This document shows positions 8,867 to 17,768 of a stretch of DNA of 64,000 nt, piece by piece. The stretch comes from a virus: positions 1-64,000 of IMG/VR virus record IMGVR_UViG_3300037420_000837; one strand, given 5' to 3'. The notes below the pieces were generated by a model. That model made no database searches and was not told the origin of the DNA. It worked only from the letters and a program-made list of their open reading frames with translations. The position numbers and the translations under genes are program-made. The stretch's first letter is position 1. Every line of letters starts with the position of its first letter.

Positions 8867-10378
8867 TTATGTGTATGAGTTAAGCTGAGATTGTTCCCTA
8901 GCTTGCTTGAGGTCGGTGGAGATTTCTCCCTTTCCTCGGTACTTCCCGACGCACGCGTATTGAAACGCGTTCATCAGGTGGTCAGACCTCTTGCGAGGTT
9001 TGTCTTTGCTGAGCCCCTTCTGGTCTCCTTTGGAGAAGAAATCCCAGACGTAGTGCTCAATCTCTTGACGGAAGTTGTGAAGGTCGTTGAAGACGTAGAC
9101 CTTGGGGTGGCGGGAGCCTGCGGTTAGAGTCGCATTCATGTACTCTAGGCTCACATTGAGGCCGTAACTTTCGTCGAGCTCCGCGAGTCTCACGGGAATC
9201 CCCGCGTCTCGGTAGAGCATGAAATTCTGTTTGTGGTCGGCTGCGTTGCGCTGAGCGCCCCACTTGGGGTCAATTAGCCAGATATCGACTGGGTCCCCGA
9301 CATTGCGGAGCAGGATACTCTTGGCGTGCTCGGAAACCACCTTGTCCCGGTCGTAGTACTCCCGGTAGAGGTACATGTTGCCTTTGGGGTCAAAGGCGCA
9401 CCAGACAGCGGCTGTGGTGCCAGTGGCTGCAGGGTCAATCGAGACCACCCTTTTCCAGTCTTTCGGAATTGGGAAGGGCCGAATCATGTGGCGTTCTTTG
9501 TTCCACATGTTGTAGACCAACCCGGAGCGCTGTACGAAATCCCCGTAGAGGCGAGCTTTCTCCTCCGGATGACCTTTCCACTTCTCTAGGAGCTTTTCCT
9601 TTTCCGTGTCTGGGACGAAAGGGTTGTCCAGAACCGACAGGCTAACGAACTTAACGTCCTTTTTGCCTTCCTTGGCTTCCTCGTAGAGGTCGTAGACCCA
9701 AGGGATTCTAACGCCAGAGCTAATATCAGTAAGGGGCGTGAGAGTAAGCAGTAATTTGCCCGCGCAGTCGATGGTTCGCTGATAACACTCATCAAACACA
9801 TCCACTTCTGGCTCCTCGTCAATCCAGACGAGGTCTACTGAGGCACCCTGAAACTTCTCTCGACCGGAGTCAGCCGACTTGCCGGTGAGGATAGAGCCAT
9901 TGGTTGCGAAAACTTGATATTCCGAGTCCGAGACCTTCTTGATGACGGTGTCGTCTTTTGGGAGGAGGCCTGCGTGTTCACGGCCATGTCGGAGCTTTTC
10001 ACGCCAGATGACATCCCGAAGGGTGGGAAAGTCTAGTCCGACCACCCAGATGTTATTGGGTGGCTCCGGAACTGGGAGGTCTTTGACAAATTCCCAGAGG
10101 TCGGTGTTGCGGAAGTACTCTTTTCCGAGGAGCCATACGGTGGCAAGCACCGCTCCCAGCTCTGTTTTTCCGCTTCGGTTTCCTCCGAGCAGGGCAAATA
10201 TCTTGACATCCGGGGTAAATTGCTTAATTAGCGGCTTCTGCGCCTCGGTGGGCGTCCAATACTGCACATAGTTGTTGTCTTTGTGCTTTTTAGCGTGGTA
10301 TTTGATGAGCGCTGCCGCTTCTTTGTCACTGGAGGCTCGTTTTAGAAGTTCCCTCGCCTGTTCCAGTCTCTCGCTCAT
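8867..10378 (-). CDS. terL: terminase large subunit
   Basis: Walker A LLGGNRSGKTELG, Walker B VDLVWIDEEPE, C-terminal nuclease-like region; 503 aa. Confidence 0.85.
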   Translation of the reverse strand: MSERLEQARELLKRASSDKEAAALIKYHAKKHKDNNYVQYWTPTEAQKPLIKQFTPDVKIFALLGGNRSGKTELGAVLATVWLLGKEYFRNTDLWEFVKDLPVPEPPNNIWVVGLDFPTLRDVIWREKLRHGREHAGLLPKDDTVIKKVSDSEYQVFATNGSILTGKSADSGREKFQGASVDLVWIDEEPEVDVFDECYQRTIDCAGKLLLTLTPLTDISSGVRIPWVYDLYEEAKEGKKDVKFVSLSVLDNPFVPDTEKEKLLEKWKGHPEEKARLYGDFVQRSGLVYNMWNKERHMIRPFPIPKDWKRVVSIDPAATGTTAAVWCAFDPKGNMYLYREYYDRDKVVSEHAKSILLRNVGDPVDIWLIDPKWGAQRNAADHKQNFMLYRDAGIPVRLAELDESYGLNVSLEYMNATLTAGSRHPKVYVFNDLHNFRQEIEHYVWDFFSKGDQKGLSKDKPRKRSDHLMNAFQYACVGKYRGKGEISTDLKQAREQSQLNSYT

Positions 10379-10865
10379 CCGTATTCTCGACTTCCTTCAT
10401 CAGTTCGGCGTATTCCTTGGCCGAAAGCCCCGCAAAGACGTTGATATTGCCTTCTTGGCCCGTCCAGCCCTCGGCTTTCATGAGCTTCTCAAGGGCATTC
10501 ACGGCCTTTTCCCACTGCTTTTCCTCGATGAGTTTCTGAACTAGCAGGTAAAGAAGCCCGATAGCCGACTGTTTGTCTCGCCCGGGGGTGTTGGCGAGCT
10601 CCTTGGCGAACCTCATGCGCTCGACTTGGAGCACTTTTTGGAAGGCTTCCGACTTGTAGATGGCTTCCGCCTCGGAGCTGGTCACGTCAATCTTGAGTTC
10701 CGAGCAGGCGTGCCGAAGTGGGACCTCCTGACGCACGACAATTCTAGCGGCTCGTTGGAACCAACTCTCTTCTTGTCCGTCAATTGAGGCTTGCTTTTTG
10801 GCCATATACGCGTACGCGTATATATTAGACGTCTTGAGGCTCCAAAACATTACAGGAGGCTCCAA
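10326..10865 (-). CDS. terS: terminase small subunit, putative
   Basis: 179 aa helical protein immediately upstream of and overlapping terL; first gene of the leftward block. Confidence 0.5.
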   Translation of the reverse strand: MEPPVMFWSLKTSNIYAYAYMAKKQASIDGQEESWFQRAARIVVRQEVPLRHACSELKIDVTSSEAEAIYKSEAFQKVLQVERMRFAKELANTPGRDKQSAIGLLYLLVQKLIEEKQWEKAVNALEKLMKAEGWTGQEGNINVFAGLSAKEYAELMKEVENTDERETGTGEGTSKTSLQ

Positions 10866-10890
10866 ATATATTTGGGACCCTAACGTCCCT

Positions 10891-10915
10891 CAGGGGGCTT
10901 TTTTGTCTGATGGGG
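10891..10915 (-). repeat. 25-nt motif copy upstream of terS
   Basis: rc: CCCCATCAGACAAAAAAGCCCCCTGAGGGAC. Confidence 0.85.
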
Positions 10916-11022
10916 AATATCCCTCCCAAATGTCACCTTTGTCAGGCCCTTTATAAGTACATAACCTAGGGGGGTACTACCCTATAGGGGGATATTTTTG
11001 ACTTCCTATATAAGATGACTCT

Positions 11023-11049
11023 GGGGGGGGGAGGGGGGGGGGAGGGGGG
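11023..11049. repeat. homopurine G9-A-G10-A-G6 tract (G-quadruplex-capable / slippage-prone)
   Basis: seen directly in sequence. Confidence 0.9.
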
Positions 11050-11179
11050 TATTATTGATATTAGAGGCTGACAGCCTCATTTTGGCTAAGTGCTTTATTT
11101 GCACCAGATAGCCCAAAAAGTGTCACAAAACGGCTCGTAAGTCGTTGATTCTACGTAGACAACTTTCAGACATCTCTCC

Positions 11180-11208
11180 CATCAGACCTCAAAAGCCCCC
11201 TCTGGAGG
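11180..11208 (+). repeat. 25-nt motif copy facing rightward block
   Basis: CATCAGACCTCAAAAGCCCCCTCTGGAGG. Confidence 0.85.
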
Positions 11209-11607
11209 CTCCAGACCCCCATTTCAGGGACCCAAGGGAGGTTCAGAGGCACCCCTTTAGAATGAATGACTTAGCGAAAAGTCGATTTTTGATAATCCGT
11301 TAGGGGGCACCCATTTGACTGCCAAGTAAACGTACAAGAGGGTTGCGGAAACTACAGCGCGGTAAGATAATACACAACTTGCCGAGAATCCCCGGTTCTA
11401 GGGTACTGGTTTATTATCATGCACTTACGCTACACGTACGCGAGAAGCGATTTTTGTTTCGCCTTTTCTTCGCCTCGGCGCCCAAGTGCCCTGTTTTCAG
11501 CGACTTGCGCCGCTTGGCAGTCGAATTGCCCTTTAAGGCGGCGAGGAATTCGGCTGTTGAGTTACGATTCAAGAGTACAGTATTCCTCAACACAAAGGAG
11601 ATAACAC

Positions 11608-11964
11608 ATGTTTGACGAGATTTTGGTTGCTGAGATGACAGACAGCATTGACCCCAACACCTTGCCTTGGAAGACTTCCACCAATGGGAAAGCTTACAAG
11701 ACCACGAGAACCCAGCAGTACAATCTCTCCGAGGAAGGCCAGCTCATCGAGATGGCGAAGCCGGATGGGAGCAAGGGGAAGTTCCGTAGACAGGTCACTG
11801 TCAACGTGAACTACTTCGAGGTCGAAGCTGGTGCTGGCAACGCCAAAGAGCGTCGTGCTCTCAAGACCATCAACAAAGCCATCGAGAACCTGAGTCCGGA
11901 AGCCCAGAAGGCGGCCATCGCCGAGTGGGCCAAGAACGCGGGCATCGAACTCCCGACGGCTTAG
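11608..11964 (+). CDS. hypothetical protein (first rightward gene, own terminator)
   Basis: AAGGAG SD 7 nt before ATG; terminator follows. Confidence 0.6.
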   Translation: MFDEILVAEMTDSIDPNTLPWKTSTNGKAYKTTRTQQYNLSEEGQLIEMAKPDGSKGKFRRQVTVNVNYFEVEAGAGNAKERRALKTINKAIENLSPEAQKAAIAEWAKNAGIELPTA

Positions 11965-11976
11965 GGCCCTGTAGAA

Positions 11977-12010
11977 CCCGGGGGCTGATGCCCTCGGGTT
12001 TTTTGTTTTT
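11977..12010 (+). terminator. rho-independent terminator
   Basis: CCCGGGGGC-TGAT-GCCCTCGGG stem followed by TTTTTTGTTTTT. Confidence 0.7.
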
Positions 12011-12013
12011 CGT

Positions 12014-12439
12014 GTGGTAGGTACAGTGCGGGTGAGTGAGCGCTCTAGGAGCGTTGACTCATGCACACTGGGAGTGCATGGGAAAGGGAAAACGAACGTG
12101 ATAGTTCTAGAGACCACGCAAGAGACCTACGAGAAGCTGTTACAGGCTGACGCTGGGTTTTGGCACGCGGCATCCGAACGGGGAGGGATTGAGGCCCTGC
12201 CCGAGGGGACGAGTCCGTTTGAGTGCATCATGATGCTGGCTGTAGGAGCGTGTGATGTGGCGCTGATGGGGCTTGTCGAGCGCATGGGAGCGTGTGAGCA
12301 CGGGCAACCGATGATGCTTCTAGGGGATGCGAGCTTTTACCTAGAGGTGAACGTGTGGCCTGAGTATGGCACACGCTGTGAGATTTGTGTGGGGGCGATG
12401 CTGGCAGCCCTCGACACGAGCTCTTGGGGGCACGCATGA
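12014..12439 (+). CDS. hypothetical protein
   Basis: ORF, Cys/His-rich. Confidence 0.35.
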   Translation: MVGTVRVSERSRSVDSCTLGVHGKGKTNVIVLETTQETYEKLLQADAGFWHAASERGGIEALPEGTSPFECIMMLAVGACDVALMGLVERMGACEHGQPMMLLGDASFYLEVNVWPEYGTRCEICVGAMLAALDTSSWGHA

Positions 12440-12603
12440 GCTTAATTTGGTCAAGCGATACCCTCCAGAAGAGTGTGAGGCTGGCCGAGGCTGGCAGGCT
12501 CTTGAATGAGCTGAGGAAAGCGTATCAGTCGCTCCCAGCAGAGCATAAGAGCGCAGTCAAGGACGAGTTGTTACAAGTTGAGCAGGCCAAGGTATCGGCC
12601 TAG
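12436..12603 (+). CDS. hypothetical small protein
   Basis: ATG overlaps upstream stop (ATGA); helical 55 aa. Confidence 0.35.
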   Translation: MSLIWSSDTLQKSVRLAEAGRLLNELRKAYQSLPAEHKSAVKDELLQVEQAKVSA

Positions 12604-12751
12604 CACGACGCAAGCGCAGGGGTTTTGGCTCCTGCGTAGGGGGTAGGGAACGTCACAGATAGCGGCCTGTGAGTATGTCTGGGCTTAGCGAGTCACCCTG
12701 TCCTCTACGGAGCAGCCAAACAAGCTCCCAAAGGGGAACACGCAAGAAAAC

Positions 12752-13075
12752 ATGTCACAGAGAACCAACGAGCAACAGGGGAGTTGCAAGACCCTCAGTT
12801 GCAATGGTACTCCACGTAAGGGTGAGAGGTATTGCTACTCTTGCTCCAAGCGGGGTACTGAGTGGGCGAGGGGAGTGGTCACGAGGGTATTGAGCCACTA
12901 CACGCCCGAGGAGCGCAGGCTCATGGCCATCAAGGGCCAGAAGGCTTGGGCCCAAATGGAACGCCGCAAGCGCAACCAAGAGATTCTTCAGAGCAATCTG
13001 AAGGTCGTAGTCAATCAACCCGTAGACCTGAGCAGCCCTGTTCAGGAGGAGGAGCCCACCAATGCCGGTGCGTAA
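12752..13075 (+). CDS. small Cys-rich (zinc-ribbon-like) protein
   Basis: CxxxC...CxxC pattern. Confidence 0.4.
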   Translation: MSQRTNEQQGSCKTLSCNGTPRKGERYCYSCSKRGTEWARGVVTRVLSHYTPEERRLMAIKGQKAWAQMERRKRNQEILQSNLKVVVNQPVDLSSPVQEEEPTNAGA

Positions 13076-13370
13076 GAGATACGCTACTAGAGCACGGGAG
13101 GCGAAAGTTGACCTCTACGTGGCGATGCAACAGAAGCGAGCCCCGAGGAATGGAGATGGCCCTGAGGCCATTGACCGCTTTGTGGACGTGCTCATGAGGA
13201 AACACAAACTCGTGGGTGAGGCGAACGAGAGCTGGGACAGGCTCACGTTCCAGACCGTGCTCATGGGCAAGGCTGAATTGCTCGTGGGTGAGGACGAGGT
13301 CAAGAAGTACTACAAGAGCCGCAAGAAACCGCCCAAGCGGGTCTACAAGAACGAAAGGCAGGCAGCTTGA
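13062..13370 (+). CDS. hypothetical protein
   Basis: ORF, basic/helical. Confidence 0.4.
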   Translation: MPVRKRYATRAREAKVDLYVAMQQKRAPRNGDGPEAIDRFVDVLMRKHKLVGEANESWDRLTFQTVLMGKAELLVGEDEVKKYYKSRKKPPKRVYKNERQAA

Positions 13371-13371
13371 C

Positions 13372-13761
13372 ATGGCCGAGTACCTTTGGGCAACAGAACA
13401 CGAAAAACAAGGGTACGTGAAGGTCTTTGAGCTGGCGCTGGGGCATTTGTTGCAGTATGGACACAAGCGGGAGGGGTCGCTGAGCACGAAGGATTGCGGC
13501 CCCTACTGTGTTCAGCTCATGCTGACTCACATTGCGTATCATCATGGCGTGACTCTCGGGAGTCCTTGGAGGGTGCTGGAGTATCTCAAGCGCCAAGGGG
13601 AGTTCCGAGATTTGTCGCTCATGCCGGGGGACTCAGTAGGCGTGTGGAATGACAGTCACTATTCCTCGAAAGGGCGAGTGGCTGAGCTATACACACGCTG
13701 TATTAAGTTCCTTAAGGATTCACCGGAGGTGTTTACGATTCCTTCTGGGTTCCAGTGGTAG
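13372..13761 (+). CDS. hypothetical protein
   Basis: in-frame ATG right after upstream stop; protein-like composition. Confidence 0.4.
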   Translation: MAEYLWATEHEKQGYVKVFELALGHLLQYGHKREGSLSTKDCGPYCVQLMLTHIAYHHGVTLGSPWRVLEYLKRQGEFRDLSLMPGDSVGVWNDSHYSSKGRVAELYTRCIKFLKDSPEVFTIPSGFQW

Positions 13762-13822
13762 TCCAGAAGAGGGTGTAGAAACTGGGGTAGTTGCTGCACA
13801 CTTCAATTGAAAGGGAAATTCA

Positions 13823-13990
13823 ATGAACGAAAAAGTGCTGGGTGTCCTGTCGGACATTCATGGCAAAAACAGCACCTTGCTCGAAGACTTGTCAAACGGG
13901 CAAGTGAGCACCGAGCTGTTTACCGAGATGTTCAGAGCCAACCTGAAGGCCATGAGCGAGGCGCTTCCTACGGAGGCTGCCCATGGATGA
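13823..13990 (+). CDS. hypothetical small protein (55 aa)
   Basis: GAAAGGGAA SD then ATG; below ORF-track cutoff. Confidence 0.3.
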   Translation: MNEKVLGVLSDIHGKNSTLLEDLSNGQVSTELFTEMFRANLKAMSEALPTEAAHG

Positions 13991-14162
13991 GACCAACAGA
14001 TGGCAGCTCTACAGGTTCATGAACATGCTGGCTATGACGGATGGGAAGACGTTTGATACGCCTGCCATTACGTTGTACACCAAGAGTCTCTTGCAGATGG
14101 TCAAGCTCCAAGACCAGATGGCTCGGATCGAGCAGCTGAGGGCCGTAGGAGCGTGGCGATGA
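13983..14162 (+). CDS. hypothetical small protein (59 aa)
   Basis: overlapping start/stop with flanking genes. Confidence 0.3.
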   Translation: MDETNRWQLYRFMNMLAMTDGKTFDTPAITLYTKSLLQMVKLQDQMARIEQLRAVGAWR

Positions 14163-14401
14163 GACGCGTCCAGATGAAAGTGGCCATTCAGTATGACACG
14201 GAGATAGATGACCCTGTCACGATTCACAAGCAATGTGAGGTCTATCGGGACCTCATCAAGCAACAGGTTTTGTTGAGAGCTGTAGCGGTCGAGCTCAGGG
14301 ATGTGGAGAGCTGGCCGAAGAAAGGGGAACATGCGCAACACAGGACGGACGTGCACGGCGTGCAACCAGCCAAGCCCGTGCTTGTGCGAAAGGGGACGTA
14401 A
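14153..14401 (+). CDS. hypothetical protein
   Basis: ORF. Confidence 0.35.
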   Translation: MAMRRVQMKVAIQYDTEIDDPVTIHKQCEVYRDLIKQQVLLRAVAVELRDVESWPKKGEHAQHRTDVHGVQPAKPVLVRKGT

Positions 14402-14622
14402 TGGACGGTATTCACCCACTCGTAAGGCAACACGTCGCGGATACGCTCATCAAACGGCTGCCGAAAGGCTGGCAGGACTGGCGGATGAGCCAACTCAAAA
14501 CGTGGGTTCAACGGCAGCTACCGGGGAATCCTAATGCTGGGGAAATAGCCCAAACTATAGCGCTGTCTGAGCTAGCAGGGGGAGCTGCTGACGATGGCGA
14601 TTTACACGAGGTCTATGTTTGA
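14401..14622 (+). CDS. hypothetical protein
   Basis: ORF, ATG overlaps upstream stop. Confidence 0.35.
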   Translation: MDGIHPLVRQHVADTLIKRLPKGWQDWRMSQLKTWVQRQLPGNPNAGEIAQTIALSELAGGAADDGDLHEVYV

Positions 14623-15091
14623 AGAGGACATGATGCACCTAGACAGCGTCAGGGCTGAGCTGAATAGGTTGCTCGTGGCCAAGAAGATTGACGGGCTGAG
14701 ATATAACACGCTCCGCAATCAGTGTGATGATGTTGAAAGGAAATGCAAAGGGAAACTTCTACGTACGAGGTTAGACCTGCAAGACTTTGAGCACGCACGC
14801 AAGACATCAATCGTGGTGCAGGCAAGAGATGACGGCAAGATTTATCGGAGGTCTCAAGGGAAATGGCAGGAGACCTCTGAGGGTGAGCTGGTCAAGCTAG
14901 TGCAGAGCACCAAGCAAGGGCTTACAGAGGTTCCCTACAGGGGTAGACGCACAATGGTAGGGGGCTCAAACGAGGAGCCCGGAAGGCTGTTGAAGTGGAA
15001 GCAAACGAGCAGGGCCGAAGGCCGAGAGGCGCTGGCTCGTGGGGCCAATGTGAGATTCGGTGAAGGGGACAGTGCTGAAGTCCTCGAATAA
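14594..15091 (+). CDS. hypothetical protein
   Basis: 165 aa ORF, helical/charged. Confidence 0.45.
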   Translation: MAIYTRSMFEEDMMHLDSVRAELNRLLVAKKIDGLRYNTLRNQCDDVERKCKGKLLRTRLDLQDFEHARKTSIVVQARDDGKIYRRSQGKWQETSEGELVKLVQSTKQGLTEVPYRGRRTMVGGSNEEPGRLLKWKQTSRAEGREALARGANVRFGEGDSAEVLE

Positions 15092-15121
15092 CATCAGACC
15101 TTAACAAGCCCCCTTAGGGGC
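15092..15121 (+). repeat. 25-nt motif copy plus GCCCC-TTA-GGGGC hairpin, upstream of 15131 ORF
   Basis: CATCAGACCTTAACAAGCCCCCTTAGGGGCAAGGAGCCTATG. Confidence 0.85.
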
Positions 15122-15130
15122 AAGGAGCCT

Positions 15131-15307
15131 ATGGAACCACGCAAAGGCATCGGAGCAATCAAGGCGTTCTTCGAGTTGGATGGAGGACGTAAGGTGGAGA
15201 TGAGCGAGCTGACCACGTTCTGGAAGGCGCTCACTTCGGAAGAGAAGACAGCCTTCACACAGAGGGCTGAAGAGGTTGTAAACGCTCAAGCTGCGGTTGC
15301 GGCCTGA
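15131..15307 (+). CDS. hypothetical small protein (58 aa)
   Basis: 25-nt motif plus AAGGAG SD directly upstream; below ORF-track cutoff. Confidence 0.35.
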   Translation: MEPRKGIGAIKAFFELDGGRKVEMSELTTFWKALTSEEKTAFTQRAEEVVNAQAAVAA

Positions 15308-15333
15308 GATGGACGCGCAGCTCCTAGGGGCTG

Positions 15334-15413
15334 CGTAGGGCAATGTGGTGAAGCAGTCGGATACTTCTCGAAAAAGTAAACCCCCGGCTAGCGTTTGTTC
15401 CCATTGTCCTACG
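15334..15413 (+). ncRNA. structured RNA element, family copy A (candidate Y-RNA/YrlA-like)
   Basis: 12-bp closing stem CGTAGGGCAATG/CATTGTCCTACG; conserved 5' GGTG(A/T)AG..GGATACTTC and 3' CGTTTGTTCC shared with copies at 23034, 40418, 40497, 24953; internal TACTT-CTCGAAA-AAGTA hairpin. Confidence 0.5.
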
Positions 15414-15445
15414 GAGCCTCTAGAAAGCTCCATGAAAGGGAAACT

Positions 15446-15967
15446 ATGGAACACAAATTGACCGAAGCTCAAGAGGCGTGGTTGCAAGCTCTTGAGTCTG
15501 GGGAGTACGAGCGGGGCACAAGTGCGCTCGCTAGGCTTGACAGAAATACAAACAAGTTCCACTACTGCTGCCTCGGGGTAGGCTGCGAGGTGGCAATCGT
15601 GAAAGGTGTGGAGTTGAAGGTGGAAGAGAGTGAGGGGGCCACGTATAAGTGGCGGAAGGTGTTCGGCGGCGAAGCCTCATTCGCTCCTAAAAAAGTGCAG
15701 GAGTTTCTGGGGCTGAACTGCCAAGAAGGGCGGTTTGTAGACCAGACCAAAGTCGACCTGAACAAACACCTCTTCGGTGACACCCACATAGTCGTGCCGC
15801 AAGCCCGAATGCTTGTGCGGTACCAGCCAGATGCAACCATCAAGGGATTCAGAGTCTACTCTCTAGCGCAACTCAACGACGCCAGCGACTATACCTTCCC
15901 CGAGATTGCTAAGATTATCCGGGAGAACGCAGCTCTCGTGTTCAAACCGCAGGAGGTGAAAGCCTAA
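15446..15967 (+). CDS. hypothetical protein
   Basis: GAAAGGGAA SD then ATG; 173 aa. Confidence 0.45.
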   Translation: MEHKLTEAQEAWLQALESGEYERGTSALARLDRNTNKFHYCCLGVGCEVAIVKGVELKVEESEGATYKWRKVFGGEASFAPKKVQEFLGLNCQEGRFVDQTKVDLNKHLFGDTHIVVPQARMLVRYQPDATIKGFRVYSLAQLNDASDYTFPEIAKIIRENAALVFKPQEVKA

Positions 15968-15968
15968 G

Positions 15969-16319
15969 ATGTACACAGTAGTCGAAGCCAAACGCGAGAT
16001 GAACGGGGAGTTTCATGGGAAGAAGGAATTTGCCCTGAATCTTCCACGCAACGCCGTGCATCATGTCAAGGAGCGCTACAAAGCCGAGGTCACTCGGAGC
16101 CTTGAGGATGCCGACAAGGTGATTGCCATGCTCGAAAGGGCGTGCGAAAACGGCCAAGGCAAGCGAGCGCAGCTCATCTGGGAGAGCTACACGCAGCTCA
16201 GAGATTTGTTTGTGTTGTACGGGGTGAGTCCGTACCTGATTCCGTACAGCGTCGAGATTGTGCAGGAGTATTTCAAGGCCAAGATGGAGTTGGTCAAGGA
16301 GGCCTTGAAGGGGCTATGA
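15969..16319 (+). CDS. hypothetical protein
   Basis: 116 aa ORF. Confidence 0.45.
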   Translation: MYTVVEAKREMNGEFHGKKEFALNLPRNAVHHVKERYKAEVTRSLEDADKVIAMLERACENGQGKRAQLIWESYTQLRDLFVLYGVSPYLIPYSVEIVQEYFKAKMELVKEALKGL

Positions 16320-16347
16320 ACCTGATAGCACTGATTGTCGGGATTGT

Positions 16348-16614
16348 GTGCCTGTGCAATGGGGCCTTTGGTTGGGCTTTCTTTTGGGGGGTCATCTGGT
16401 TGATGACGAAAGACTGATGAGCAAGAGCATGTTTTGGTTTCTGGTAAGTTGTTTGTTCGTGGTGCTGTGTTTTAACCACTATCAGGCTGTGGCACTGGCC
16501 CGACAGACGGTTGAACTCAGGAAAGTAGCTAGAACGCATTGTGGGTGGGCTCCAGAGCAGATGCCTACCTACAAGGCAGAGCCCCAAGGGCCGGTACAAA
16601 TCCGTGAATACTGA
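16348..16614 (+). CDS. small membrane protein
   Basis: hydrophobic helices. Confidence 0.3.
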   Translation: MPVQWGLWLGFLLGGHLVDDERLMSKSMFWFLVSCLFVVLCFNHYQAVALARQTVELRKVARTHCGWAPEQMPTYKAEPQGPVQIREY

Positions 16615-16774
16615 GCACAGTGACGTTTTTGGGCTGGTGTTGTGGTTGAATTTCATCGTGGGGGTGATACTGCTCGTGTTGGGCGGTTATCACCTCTCGA
16701 TAGGCGATTGGGCGTTTGGGTTTATGCTGCTGGCTATTGGTGGCTTGAACATCTGGCTCGGTTGTCAGGACTAG
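16541..16774 (+). CDS. small membrane protein
   Basis: 77 aa, two hydrophobic helices. Confidence 0.3.
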   Translation: MGGLQSRCLPTRQSPKGRYKSVNTEHSDVFGLVLWLNFIVGVILLVLGGYHLSIGDWAFGFMLLAIGGLNIWLGCQD

Positions 16775-16926
16775 GGTTTCCCCCTAGTCGGGGTGGTACA
16801 GGTCTAGGCAAGCTCTGGCGATAGAGCGTTGCCGCTCCTCCGCGTTTGTTTCCCTTTCTCGGAGTTGAGCAACCCCAGTAGGCTTGTGCCACCCCGTGTG
16901 GGGGGAAACTTCTCACAGGAGGGAAC

Positions 16927-17670
16927 ATGAAAGAAAGTTTGACGATTGAGAGCGTGCGTAGCTCGAAGGTCAATCTGGCCACGGTGGCCTCAGACAGCAT
17001 CCTCCAGCTTCGTGCGGAGCTGATGAAGGACGCGAGGGAGCTGTTCAAGATTGACAAATACGGCAACATGCCGGGGCCGCTTCCCACGTACGGGACGCTC
17101 GCGGCTGTGCTCAAGAAGCTGGACATCCAGCCCTTGAATGAGAACAAGGTCAAGACCTACAAGGCGAGCAAGGAAAAGAGCTTTGTGCGTAAGAGCACGT
17201 ACTTTTACGCCGGGGTCTTTACCAATGCGGTCGTAGCGTGTGGGCTGGCTCTGGCAGGGCAGCTCATGGGCTTGTATGGTTTCTCGGCTGCGCTGGCGGG
17301 AACCTACATCGGCGCTACGGTGGTCTCGACCATCCTTGCGTTGTGCTTGTTGGTAGACAAGGTCTACTCCTACAAGCGAGAGCTGAGATGGCGGGAGGTG
17401 GGCTTGGTGGGATACACTGGGTTCATTCCGGAAACGGCCTTGAGCATGGCGGTGCAAATCAAGAAGGAATGTGCAGCGGCTGAGTTCGCGGTGGAGGAGC
17501 TGGGTGAGGTGCTCATCAAGCATGAGACCGGCTCTGAACGCAGGCGACGGGAAGCCGAGGAGCGTAGGGAATGGCTCCGCAGGCACGACCCGTTCTTGAT
17601 TGTCAAACTGGGAAGCGAGAAGTTTTACCTCGATGTCTGGGACGAGGACAACTTCGAGAGGTTTCAGTAA
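16927..17670 (+). CDS. hypothetical protein with central TM segment(s)
   Basis: 247 aa. Confidence 0.45.
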   Translation: MKESLTIESVRSSKVNLATVASDSILQLRAELMKDARELFKIDKYGNMPGPLPTYGTLAAVLKKLDIQPLNENKVKTYKASKEKSFVRKSTYFYAGVFTNAVVACGLALAGQLMGLYGFSAALAGTYIGATVVSTILALCLLVDKVYSYKRELRWREVGLVGYTGFIPETALSMAVQIKKECAAAEFAVEELGEVLIKHETGSERRRREAEERREWLRRHDPFLIVKLGSEKFYLDVWDEDNFERFQ

Positions 17671-17768
17671 AATCCTGAGCGTACGTTTGACTCAGCACAT
17701 GGGGGAGGAGGGCGACTTCCTCCTCATTGTGGTGCGTCTAGCTAGCGTGCCAGAAAGGGAAGTAATGA

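Larger units (their letters stand above)
10866..11607. promoter_or_regulatory. divergent non-coding control region between leftward packaging block and rightward block
   Basis: 740 bp without convincing ORFs; outward-facing copies of the 25-nt motif (10891-10915 minus, 11180-11208 plus); TGTCA/TGACA repeats; G-tract. Confidence 0.6.
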
